The notes beneath the pieces are model-generated. The model saw only the letters and a list, made by a program, of their open reading frames with translations. It was not told the DNA's origin and ran no database searches. Below, one piece after another: positions 19,234 through 27,901 of a DNA stretch of 64,000 bases. The stretch spans positions 171,765-235,764 of the forward strand of contig OZ240228.1 in the NCBI GenBank assembly GCA_965197795.1, given 5' to 3'. The first letter of the stretch is position 1; each line of letters opens with the position of its first letter. Made by a program: the position numbers and the translations under genes. Source of the stretch: Dehalococcoidia bacterium. Its GTDB lineage: Bacteria > Chloroflexota > Dehalococcoidia > DSTF01 > WHTK01.

Positions 19234-19962
19234 ATGGCATCCGATTTCGACCCGATGGCCGTCAAAGCCATGGTGTTCGACACCTTCGGCACCGTGGTCG
19301 ACTGGCGCGGCAGCATCATCGCCGAAGGCGAGTTGTACTGGAAGCCTCAGAAGGGGATGGACGTCGACTGGCCCGCCTTCGCGGACGTCTGGCGAAGCAA
19401 GTACCGCCCGTTCATGAACAAAGTCCGCAACGGCGAACTGCCGTGGACGAAGCTCGATGACCTGCACCGCATGGCGCTGGACCAGAACCTCGAAGAATTC
19501 AACGTCACGAGCCTCCGGGAGGCAGACAAGCAACGCCTCAATTTCGTTTGGCACCGCCTCAACGCTTGGCCCGACGCGCCCTCCGGGCTGGCACGCCTGG
19601 GGAGCCGCTACGTCATCGCGCCCTTGTCCAATGGCAACCTGTCGCTGTTGACGGAGATGGCCAAGTTCGCCGGCCTGCCGTGGGACTGCGTCCTGGGCGC
19701 CGACCTGTTCCACCACTACAAGCCGGATCGGGAAACCTACCTCGGCGCTGCCGCGATCCTCGGCCTCGAGCCGGCGCAGGTGATGATGACCGCCGCGCCC
19801 GTAAATGATCTCAAGGCGGCGAGAGACCTGGGCCTGCGTACGGCCTATGTCTCCCGGCCCCTGGAAGGCGGCCCCGGCGGCGAGAGCGCTCGCCCGGCGG
19901 ACGGCGACTTCGATATCGTGGCGGACGACTTTCGCGACATGGCGGCGAAGCTGGGGATGTGA
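19234..19962 (+). CDS. Haloacid dehalogenase type II (L-2-haloacid dehalogenase family)
   Basis: MVFDTFGTVVDWRG (nucleophile Asp block), SNGN, and the C-terminal DxxxD-like block; 242 aa, typical for the family. Confidence 0.8.
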   Translation: MASDFDPMAVKAMVFDTFGTVVDWRGSIIAEGELYWKPQKGMDVDWPAFADVWRSKYRPFMNKVRNGELPWTKLDDLHRMALDQNLEEFNVTSLREADKQRLNFVWHRLNAWPDAPSGLARLGSRYVIAPLSNGNLSLLTEMAKFAGLPWDCVLGADLFHHYKPDRETYLGAAAILGLEPAQVMMTAAPVNDLKAARDLGLRTAYVSRPLEGGPGGESARPADGDFDIVADDFRDMAAKLGM

Positions 19963-19963
19963 T

Positions 19964-19996
19964 GTCATTTCTGAGGCGTAAGCCGAAGAATCGGGG
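19964..19996. repeat. Dispersed short repeat, copy 3 (GTCATTTCTGAGGCGTAAGCCGAAGAATCGGGG)
   Basis: Begins 2 nt after the dehalogenase stop codon; same family as 8944 and 9097. Confidence 0.7.
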
Positions 19997-20117
19997 CGCG
20001 GCGCGTAGAAAGTCGGTTCGTCTGGCAGTAAGCACACCGACGTAGGAGGCCGGACGGTTGGTTCTGGGAGAACGGGCTGCTTGGTCCTTCGGCTGCTGGC
20101 GCGGCTCAGGAGGACAA

Positions 20118-21212
20118 TTAGAAACGGATCACGACGATCTGGTCGACCGCCGACTCCGGCGACCAGATCTCGCCTTCGCGTCCCAGGATCTGGCGCACGT
20201 TGCCGCCGGGGTGCGGCAGCTCGAAGGTGAGGAACGTCTCGGTCTCGGGGTCGAAGCGATGGATCGCGTTGCCGCCGAAGTCTGAGAGCCAGACCGCATC
20301 CAGCTCATCGACGTAGACGGCGTAGGCGCTGGGGTTGACGCCCGGCAGCGGCCACGTCTGCCAGGAGTCGTCCGTTGGGTCGTATACGGAGACCTGACCG
20401 GCGTTCCATTCGCTGACCCAGATGCGGCCTTGCGAGTTGGACCAGACGCGTCGCGCGCCCTGGTTGGGCGTCGGCGGCTCGATGACAGTCGCTTCTCCGG
20501 TTTCGATGTCGATGTGGCCCATGTAGCTTCCGGCGAGCGAGGCGTAGTAAATGTCGCCGTTGGGCGTCGAGGTGATGCCGTAGGGTCCTCGGCCCTCGGC
20601 AGCGTCATAGACCTGCATATCGCCCGTTACGGGATCGACGCTGCCGTAAACGCCGTTCTGTCCGGTGTACCACAGCACGTCGTTGCGATCGAAGGCTGCC
20701 GTGTTGAGGTTGACATTGCCGCGTTCGGCGGGCAGGTCGAAGAACGTGATCTCATCTGTTTCCGGGTCGACCCGGACGATGGCGTTGAGCCCGCCGTCGG
20801 TGATCCACGGCGCGCCGTCCGGCCCGACGATGACGCCGTGCGGCCGCGAGCCGGCCCCGAGCGGGATCTCGCGGACATCGCCGGTTGCCGGGTCCAGCCA
20901 ACCCAGCTTGCCGCTGCCCTGCGCCGTGTACCAGACGCCGCCGTCGACGGCGGGCGCGACGTCGTGCGGCCGCGATCCGGCCGGGACGGGATAAGCTTGC
21001 ATGACGAAGTCGGCGACGCCCAGCGGTCTTGCTGCGGCGCCTTCTGTCGGTGCCGGCGCAGGTGTCTCGCTGGCTTGCGTCGCCGGCGGCGGCGCTGTAT
21101 CAACCGGCGTTTGGGTGTTGGTTGCCGCCTGCCCCGGTTCGTCACGGCCGGAGCAGGCAACGAGCAGGAACAGGAACAGCGCCGCCATGACGAGGCATCG
21201 TTTGCTGTTCAT
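20118..21212 (-). CDS. Secreted lipoprotein with six-bladed beta-propeller, Vgb (streptogramin lyase)/SMP-30-like family
   Basis: Signal peptide + lipobox (LLVACSG) and a Pro/Thr-rich linker. Repeated blades carry GPxGIT...DG.IW(F/Y)T motifs (PHGVIVGPDGAPWITD, GPYGITSTPNGDIYYAS). The antisense ORF 20430..21263 is rejected. Confidence 0.65.
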   Translation of the reverse strand: MNSKRCLVMAALFLFLLVACSGRDEPGQAATNTQTPVDTAPPPATQASETPAPAPTEGAAARPLGVADFVMQAYPVPAGSRPHDVAPAVDGGVWYTAQGSGKLGWLDPATGDVREIPLGAGSRPHGVIVGPDGAPWITDGGLNAIVRVDPETDEITFFDLPAERGNVNLNTAAFDRNDVLWYTGQNGVYGSVDPVTGDMQVYDAAEGRGPYGITSTPNGDIYYASLAGSYMGHIDIETGEATVIEPPTPNQGARRVWSNSQGRIWVSEWNAGQVSVYDPTDDSWQTWPLPGVNPSAYAVYVDELDAVWLSDFGGNAIHRFDPETETFLTFELPHPGGNVRQILGREGEIWSPESAVDQIVVIRF

Positions 21213-21354
21213 CGCTACAGATCAGGATACGCGCCCGGCGGATGCGGTGGATGGACGCCTTGACCCAGAGTCCGTAGACACGTCGATCGCGGCTTGGGAG
21301 GTTAGGGCCGGCGCGGACCAGGGACTTGTGGCTACGGCCGACAGCGGCAGTGCG

Positions 21355-21756
21355 TCAGGATTGTTGGATGAAGGTCTCGCAGTTTTGGTCGACGTTTTTG
21401 TCACCGTCGGTACCGGAAAGCGCTACATCGGTACCGAGGCCACAGTCGATGTCGTCCTTAAAGTCGCCGGTCAGGACGCAGTCATCGCCATCGCCGGCGT
21501 CGACGATGTCTCTGCCCGCGCTGCCCGTGATCAGCTCATTAGCAGCGGTACCGTTGATCGAGCCGCTACCGGTGATCTTGGCCGTGAGGTTAAGCGCGGC
21601 GCATTCGACAGGCTTCAAGTCGTTAGGAGTGATCGTGGAGATGTGATCGGCGGCGTTGGTGACGGGTACCGTGTTGGACGCCGTAAGTGCGCTCACGCCG
21701 GTGCCTATCAGCACCGCGAGCAGGAACAGCAGGCTAAGCCGCCGCAGGCCGTGCAT
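21355..21756 (-). CDS. Small secreted protein with SipW-cognate-like signal peptide and Asp/Gly-rich calcium-binding-type repeats
   Basis: N-terminus MHGLRRLSLLFLLAVLIGTGVSALTASNTVPVTNA. The ALTASNTVP motif is shared with the paralog at 23518..23855. The C-terminus is rich in GxGxD/DGD repeats. Confidence 0.5.
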   Translation of the reverse strand: MHGLRRLSLLFLLAVLIGTGVSALTASNTVPVTNAADHISTITPNDLKPVECAALNLTAKITGSGSINGTAANELITGSAGRDIVDAGDGDDCVLTGDFKDDIDCGLGTDVALSGTDGDKNVDQNCETFIQQS

Positions 21757-22430
21757 CGTCGCCCTCTGCGTCGCTTACCGTGAGACGGTCTTCGGTTTGA
21801 TAGCTATAGACGGCGCTGCCGTCGTGAAGGAAGTAGGTGTGCTGTTGACCGCTCTGGCTGTGGAGTATGGTCAGCTCCAGCTTTTCGGCCATCCGTACGA
21901 GGCTCTTCATGTTGGCCGTTTGGAAGTGAGTACCTTGAATCGACAGTGCGAAGTACTCCACATCTACTAGCATGGGGCCGTAGGTACGCTTGATCCTGAC
22001 GGACTCGTTGAGTACGGGATTGCGTCTCGCCAGGGTCACGAGAAGCGCCACGCAGGGCGAAATGAGGACCGCGGCCACCCAACCGAGATTTCGAGCGCGC
22101 TGGCGCTGATACTGAGGCTGAGAAAGCCTAGATTGTTGGTCAGGACGCGCTCGGCTTCGATCTCACCTCGATCGACCTGCGTGAATTGCTCCGGCGAGCT
22201 GATGATTACCCGTCCGTCTGCCGAAGGCAGAATTTGCAGCGCATCGAGCAGGAAATAGACGGTTGGCGGCGATTGGATGGGATCGCAGCAAGGCTGGCCC
22301 GCGACCGTGCCGTTGACAGCCATGTTCGCGTGGATGCTGAGCAGGTAGGTTTCGCGCGGGATGCCGGTGAACGTCTTGAAGTCTTCGATCAGTTGATCGA
22401 GCAGCGCCAGGTCGATTGAGCCCTCCAGTC

Positions 22431-23462
22431 TCAGCTCGTTCCATCGAACTCGGTTTCGGGCCCGAGAGCGAACGCACGTTTCCAGCCGCTCTCCTCGCTG
22501 ACCTCCATGACGAGTTGACCGGTTCCGGACATGAAATGCGGGACTACGGCTGAAAACTCATAGTCGAAGTAGACGTCGAAGCTATCCACGAGGCGCCTGA
22601 AGATGGGCTCTCCGGTCATGAGCGGAGGTTCTATGTAGACCGGATCCGGGCTGACGTTGGCTGAGTAGGCGAATTCGCTGGACTGCTGGTAGATCGAGCG
22701 CGTGGTCTCCGACTGCGTCTTGGGCTGGGTAAGCGCGAACGCACCTAGAAGCAGGATTGGTACCAACCCTGCCACGAGGCCTATGAGAAGCATTTCGAAG
22801 CGATTCTTGCGGTCAGAAGTGCCTGGCGGCGCGCGCGTAGATTCGGGACCCGTGTTCTCCTCTTCGCTTGCAGACGATCGCAGAGAGCTGAGGAACATAC
22901 GCTGCGATCGCAAGAAGATGCGAAGCTCACTGAGAGGCCCGGTGGGTTCCGCCTTTCTCCTGGCCCCATCAGGGCCCCGCATGCGGCGACGCTTTCGAAT
23001 CACGAAGAGGCCACCGAAACTGATGAGACTGCCGACGCAGAGCAGCAGGGCAGCGTTTATGGGCCGGCTGGCCCATATCAGATAGGTCTCGGCCTTGGGG
23101 ATGTGGGTGAACGGCACGCCTAGCACGTCGTCTCGAGTCGGCTGGTACTCATCGATCCATGGGTTGTTGTCACCCTGAGTCGTGAATATGCCGGGGCCGC
23201 GCTCGATGACCCGGTGCATGACTGTGACGTCGAGCAGATCGCTGCGATAGGCGATGATGTCGCCGACGTCGTAGTCGTCGGCAGAACGGGCCAGCACGAG
23301 GTCGCCGGCGGTGAACACCGGCTCCATGCTCTGACCTTCAACGACTAGGTATGAGACCTTGCCACCCAGCGCGGTTGGCGCCAGCTGAAGCCATGCGTAG
23401 AGAAGGGCAGCCAGCAAGCCGATTACCAGCAAGGTCGTTTTGGGGCGAAATTTCGTCAGCAT
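22431..23462 (-). CDS. sipW: Signal peptidase I, SipW/archaeal-eukaryal type (S26B) with long C-terminal extension
   Basis: N-terminal TM, then VVEGQSMEPVFTAGDLV (catalytic Ser box), then the His box (TVMHRVIE). A second TM follows, plus ~170 extra residues with another TM. See the finding on possible continuation into 21734..22431. Confidence 0.7.
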   Translation of the reverse strand: MLTKFRPKTTLLVIGLLAALLYAWLQLAPTALGGKVSYLVVEGQSMEPVFTAGDLVLARSADDYDVGDIIAYRSDLLDVTVMHRVIERGPGIFTTQGDNNPWIDEYQPTRDDVLGVPFTHIPKAETYLIWASRPINAALLLCVGSLISFGGLFVIRKRRRMRGPDGARRKAEPTGPLSELRIFLRSQRMFLSSLRSSASEEENTGPESTRAPPGTSDRKNRFEMLLIGLVAGLVPILLLGAFALTQPKTQSETTRSIYQQSSEFAYSANVSPDPVYIEPPLMTGEPIFRRLVDSFDVYFDYEFSAVVPHFMSGTGQLVMEVSEESGWKRAFALGPETEFDGTS

Positions 23463-23517
23463 GCTCAGTTCTTGTCGCGCGAAGACTGCGCGCTCTCCGC
23501 CAGCTCCTCCTTTCTCT

Positions 23518-23855
23518 AGTCAGCGATCACCACACGGAGTTCGTCGGCCGTGGCCACCGTTGCCTGCGGTGAGGTCCGTTACACAGGTGAGGGCGGTGGT
23601 TACGTTCGTGCAGCTGTACCAGGTAGAACCTGCCGCGACGAGTTTGATCTCCATGTCGGCGCCGGCTGAGGGAGCAACGTCCACGTCGAAAGTCACGGAG
23701 TCGATGTTCGAGGGGTTGGCGGCATTGAGGTTGTAGTTCACGTTGCTGACCGCATAGCCAGAAATCGCGCCGGTGCCATCACGCGCTTTGGAGGCAGGCA
23801 CGGTGTTGGCGGCAGTGAACGCGTAGGCCGTGAAGGTGAGCAGCAGCGTCAGCAC
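23518..23855 (-). CDS. Small secreted protein, putative SipW substrate (paralog family FDVDVAPxAGxDxExxL), 3' end frameshifted
   Basis: Begins MLTLLLTFTAYAFTAANTVPASKA. The C-terminus in the track frame ends TAGNGGHGRRTPCGDR. The +1 frame reads ...QATVATADELRVVIAD, which aligns with the paralog end ...TQAIVLLTDELQVIIVD. Confidence 0.5.
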
Positions 23856-24125
23856 CGGTACCAGAAAGACGCCGGCGGACCTTCTCAGCAGATAGAGACT
23901 GTAAATGCCGGCGACCTCCCTGTCGTACGACCTAGGTTCGTTCTGACTCCGCGCGAACAGCCGTTAGCGTAAGCCTTGAGCTTTCCGGGAGGTCAGTAGG
24001 GAACCACCTGATATGGCGCCATCACAGAAGGGAGAGCCTTGGCTCAATATGCTGCGCACGAAAGAAAAGAGAGGGCTCCATGCGGGCCCTCTCTTCCTGA
24101 CTAGTTGGTTAGACGTTAGCTCAGG

Positions 24126-24353
24126 CTAGTCGACGATAATGACTTGCAGCTCGTCTGTGAGCAGCACGATTGCCTGGGTGCCTACCGTCGTGTCACACGT
24201 CACGGCGAGGACAAGGAACGTGCAGGCGTACCAGACGCCCGAGCCATCGTCGAGACTGACCTCGATATCAGAGCCGGCTGTCGGCGCTACGTCTACGTCG
24301 AAGAGGACCTGGTCAATCAGCTGCGGGTCAGCGCCGTTCAGCGTGTAACCCAA
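24126..24353 (-). pseudogene. Degenerate paralog of the small secreted protein (no signal peptide in frame)
   Basis: The 75-aa ORF shares FDVDVAPTAGSDIEVSL...ACTFLVLAVTCDTTVGTQAIVLLTDELQVIIVD with 23518..23855. Upstream, in another frame, a relic start MRGLRRRLRAP... resembles MHGLRRLSLL of 21355..21756 but lacks the hydrophobic core. Confidence 0.4.
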
Positions 24354-24555
24354 GTACCAGGCATGGGACTACTAGGAACCGGGGAGCCCGCAGGCGGCGG
24401 CGTAATCCTCGCATTATCTAACCTACGTTTCCTCGTGTCAGCAATTCTTTGACGACTTGGCGACACGTTTCTCAATTTGTGCTTTCAGTATTCTGGACAA
24501 ATGCGAAGGCTTATTTAGAGGGTCCTCACGGGCGCCTGAGTTACGCTGTCAGTGT

Positions 24556-25128
24556 CTAGCTTGGTCCACCGCTGATGCTGATCAGGCCGTCGCCGATCTC
24601 GCTGCCGATCAGGTTCTCGTCCAGCTCCAGCGTTCGCGCGTCGTCGTCCAGCAAGAGGTTGAGCACGGCGTCCGCAACGAAGCCCGGCAGGTTGCCGACG
24701 TCGACGGAGTCGAGCTGAAGCATGGGCTGAGCGCCGCTTGTGTCGAGTCGCCCCGTGACCACGAAGTCGACGTTGACGCCGATCGCCTCGACCTCGCCGG
24801 CCAGCTGGCCTCTGCCTTCGTCGCAGAAATAGACGCGCAGGTTGTCGATTGGCGCGTTCTCATCGTTGACGTACTGACGCGCGCGAGATGTCGCCTCCGA
24901 CTCTGAGATGTCGATCGACGAGCCGGCGGCGAGGATCTGGGCCGAGAACTGATCCCAGCGCTGGTCGAGTTGAGTCGCTACGGCCGCTGAGATCGGCGCA
25001 ATCTCGCGGTCGGTGCAGGTTCCGGGCGAACCGGTGACGACGAGGAGCACGCCCAGGGAAGCGGCGGCGACGGAGATGAAGAAGAAGCCAGGTATCGCGA
25101 AGAGGACGATCTTAAGTACTAGACCCAT
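24556..25128 (-). CDS. Hypothetical N-terminally membrane-anchored protein (first gene of the sipW cluster)
   Basis: 190-aa ORF; one N-terminal TM (IVLFAIPGFFFISVAAASLGVLLVV), the rest acidic and soluble. Operon-like spacing with the downstream genes. Confidence 0.45.
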   Translation of the reverse strand: MGLVLKIVLFAIPGFFFISVAAASLGVLLVVTGSPGTCTDREIAPISAAVATQLDQRWDQFSAQILAAGSSIDISESEATSRARQYVNDENAPIDNLRVYFCDEGRGQLAGEVEAIGVNVDFVVTGRLDTSGAQPMLQLDSVDVGNLPGFVADAVLNLLLDDDARTLELDENLIGSEIGDGLISISGGPS

Positions 25129-25154
25129 CGTCTTTGTATCGGACGTTTCTCAGG

Positions 25155-26099
25155 CTACCGCGATTCGAACGGCGGCTGTTCGCTCCAGTCCTTGATGATG
25201 TAGTGGGCGATGGCGATCGAGCCGGGGATGCCGAAGCCGTGCTTCTCTGGGTTCGGGTCGAGAAGCGCCATGCGTATCTCATCTCTCGTGAACCAGCGGG
25301 CTCCGTCCAGCTCCAGCGGGTCGACCGTCTCCTGCTCGCTCGTGACGTGCGCGAAGCAACCGATCATCAGGGACGAGGGGAAGGGCCACGGCTGCGAACG
25401 GCGATAGACGACCTCATCGACGTCCAGGCCGACCTCCTCCTTGACCTCGCGTTTGACGGCCTCTTCGATCGTTTCACCCTGATCGAGAAAGCCGGCCAGG
25501 GCGGAGTAGCGATGCGGCTCCCAGGCGCGCGCACGGCCCAGGATGCAGCGGTCGCCGCGCCACACCACCATGATCACGACCGGGTCGGTGCGCGGGAAAT
25601 GCTCCGCCCCGCAGGCGTCGCATGCGCGCATCGAGCCCGCAACGCGCGGCTCGGTCGGCGTGCCGCAGTTGGGGCAGAAGCGATGCCGGTTGTGCCAGTC
25701 GATCACGGAGCGGGCGTGGGCCAGCGTGCCGGCTTCGCCAGGGGCCAGCAGCGCCGCGGCGGCCCTCGTGTCGCTGAACTCCGCGCCGTCCAGCTCCAGC
25801 GTCGCCAGCGGTTCTTCCAGCGGCGAGAGGTCGATCGCGAAGTGCGCTATGTCATCGCGCATACCCAGCAATACCGGCCCGTCGCGCTCGGCGCCGTGGC
25901 GTAGTACCGAGGAGTCGAGCCAAAGCAGTTCGATGGCTTCCTGGCCCGCCGGAAGGCTGCGAGTCAGGGGGTTATTTTTCCACAGCGGCAGGAAGCGGCT
26001 GGCCGGCGCATCGAGCTGGGCCTGCACCCAGTCCGGGTCGCGGCGCTCGTTGCTAGCTCGCCACAGCGGATCGCCGGAGAACGGTATCGGATCGGACAT
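25155..26099 (-). CDS. nudC: NAD+ diphosphatase (NADH pyrophosphatase) NudC
   Basis: Zinc-ribbon CPNCG...CDACG followed by a Nudix box (GFLDQGETIEEAVKREVKEEVG). The start is chosen at Met71 of the track ORF (315 aa). Confidence 0.8.
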   Translation of the reverse strand: MSDPIPFSGDPLWRASNERRDPDWVQAQLDAPASRFLPLWKNNPLTRSLPAGQEAIELLWLDSSVLRHGAERDGPVLLGMRDDIAHFAIDLSPLEEPLATLELDGAEFSDTRAAAALLAPGEAGTLAHARSVIDWHNRHRFCPNCGTPTEPRVAGSMRACDACGAEHFPRTDPVVIMVVWRGDRCILGRARAWEPHRYSALAGFLDQGETIEEAVKREVKEEVGLDVDEVVYRRSQPWPFPSSLMIGCFAHVTSEQETVDPLELDGARWFTRDEIRMALLDPNPEKHGFGIPGSIAIAHYIIKDWSEQPPFESR

Positions 26100-26335
26100 C
26101 GGTTGCCTTCCTAGTGCTCGGCCCATGATAGCCGCTCGCCAGTGCTCAGACATCGGCGCGACGTTGGCCGATGACCCGGCGTAAAAAGACCGATCTGCTG
26201 CTGAAGCGACCGCGAGGTCTGGTAAAAGCGCCGCCGGGTTGCGGAGAATGCGCCTAAACCGGGCCCGGTCCGGCCAGGCGATTGTATTCAGGGCGTGGCC
26301 GATGGTCACGCGCCGGTTTGAATGAGGTTCCAGCT

Positions 26336-27247
26336 ATGACTCGAGTCAACTACGGTCTGCGGGTGCCGGCGGTGCATCCGGTGGACACCGTCGCGCTGCG
26401 CGCCTTCGTGAGCCGTGCCGAAGAGCTGGGCTTCACGTCGATCTGGGCCGGCGACCACGTCTTCTATCGCAGAGACGTCCTGCAGCCGCTGCAGATGCTG
26501 ACCTGGATCGCGGCGTTCACGACGCGGGTCCGGCTCAGCACGGCGGTCATGCTCTCCGCCTATCTCAATCCCGTCTTGCTGGCTCGCGAGGCCGCCAGCC
26601 TCGATCGTTTATCGGACGGCCGCCTGGCGCTGGGCATGTCGTTGGGCGGTACGGCGGCCGAGTACACCAGCATCGGCGTGCCGATGAACCAGCGCCTCGG
26701 CAGGTTGCTCGAGACGGTCGAGATCATGCGGTTGCTGTGGCGCGAAGACGGCGTCAATTACAAGGGCCGTTACCACGAGATCGTCGAGGGGACGATTAAC
26801 CCGAAGCCGGTGCAGGCGAACGGCGTCCCGATCTACCTCGGGGGGACCGGTGACGCCATGTTGCGGCGGATCCCCCGCGTGGCCGACGGCTGGATCGGGG
26901 CGGGGGCTCCGATCGATCGCTTTCTGACGGGAGTCGAGACCGTCCTGGGCGCTGCCGACGCGATCGCGCGTGATCCCTCCAAGCTTTCCTTCGGCAAGCT
27001 CCAGGGAATCAGCATCGCGGCGACTCAGGAGCAGGCACGCGCTGTCGGCGAACGGCACTGGAAAAGCTACTACGGCCCCAACTTCGATATCGATGCGGCG
27101 ACGATCTACGGCACGCCTGACGAATGCCGGGCTCAGCTCGCGGTGTTCGAAGGTGCGGCGTGCGACGAGGTGACGCTGGCGTTGGAGCTACCCAGCCTTT
27201 CGCTGGAGGACCTCGAGACGTTGGCAACGGTGACGACGCTGGCTTGA
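26336..27247 (+). CDS. LLM-class (luciferase-like) flavin/F420-dependent oxidoreductase
   Basis: TIM-barrel LLM signature (WAGDHVFYRRDVLQPLQMLTWIAA, LSDGRLALGMSLGG, YKGRYHEI). The start is at Met19 of the track ORF, just downstream of the Shine-Dalgarno-like GAGG. Confidence 0.8.
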   Translation: MTRVNYGLRVPAVHPVDTVALRAFVSRAEELGFTSIWAGDHVFYRRDVLQPLQMLTWIAAFTTRVRLSTAVMLSAYLNPVLLAREAASLDRLSDGRLALGMSLGGTAAEYTSIGVPMNQRLGRLLETVEIMRLLWREDGVNYKGRYHEIVEGTINPKPVQANGVPIYLGGTGDAMLRRIPRVADGWIGAGAPIDRFLTGVETVLGAADAIARDPSKLSFGKLQGISIAATQEQARAVGERHWKSYYGPNFDIDAATIYGTPDECRAQLAVFEGAACDEVTLALELPSLSLEDLETLATVTTLA

Positions 27248-27259
27248 GGTCTCGACGCG

Positions 27260-27757
27260 CTAGATTGGGGCGGCGCGTCCCGGGGCGTAGACCACCTCGA
27301 ACCGCTCGCAGAGCAGCGGCATCTCCTGCGTCGGCTCGATCCCCATCTCGTGGCACTCGCTTGCGTACCAGGCGAAGACGTGCTCTCTCCACCACTCCAG
27401 GGTCCGAGGTCCTTCGCCGTAGTCGTAAGCGAACGCCGCGTCAACGTCGCAGAAGCGCTTCGTCTCGAGCTGCGTGGTGCGCAGGACGCAGACGGGGCGC
27501 CAGCTGCCGTCCAGCAGTACGTGTTCGTCGCCCACGTTCCACAAGGGCTTCTGGTTCCACTCGACGTGCCAGAGCAGGTCAGAGGTGGCCGTCTTGAGCC
27601 CGTCCAGCACGAGGTGTGCAAGCTGGTCGGCCATCGACCCGCCCGAGGCGAACTGGAAGGCCTCAACGTAGGTGCGGCGGCGCGCGCCGGTCGACAGCGT
27701 TTCGAGGTACGTCTGCCAGAAGGCGTCGGCGGCAGCGTGAACCGGGTCTTTCGCCAT
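27260..27757 (-). CDS. ASCH (PUA-like) domain protein
   Basis: 165-aa ORF. ASFASGGS-like start (FQFASGGSMADQLAHLVLDGLKTATSD), typical of ASCH/YqfB-like proteins. Confidence 0.6.
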   Translation of the reverse strand: MAKDPVHAAADAFWQTYLETLSTGARRRTYVEAFQFASGGSMADQLAHLVLDGLKTATSDLLWHVEWNQKPLWNVGDEHVLLDGSWRPVCVLRTTQLETKRFCDVDAAFAYDYGEGPRTLEWWREHVFAWYASECHEMGIEPTQEMPLLCERFEVVYAPGRAAPI

Positions 27758-27901
27758 TTCGCCTCACACCGTGTGGGAGCCGGTTGGGTTCGCGTATCAT
27801 AGCGCGCTACCCGCGTCTTGCCGTCCAACGCATCGTGCCTGATTCGAGGTTCGCGAAGGAGGCCTGCACTATGGAGGACGCCGCGCCTTTAGACTAGAGG
27901 C

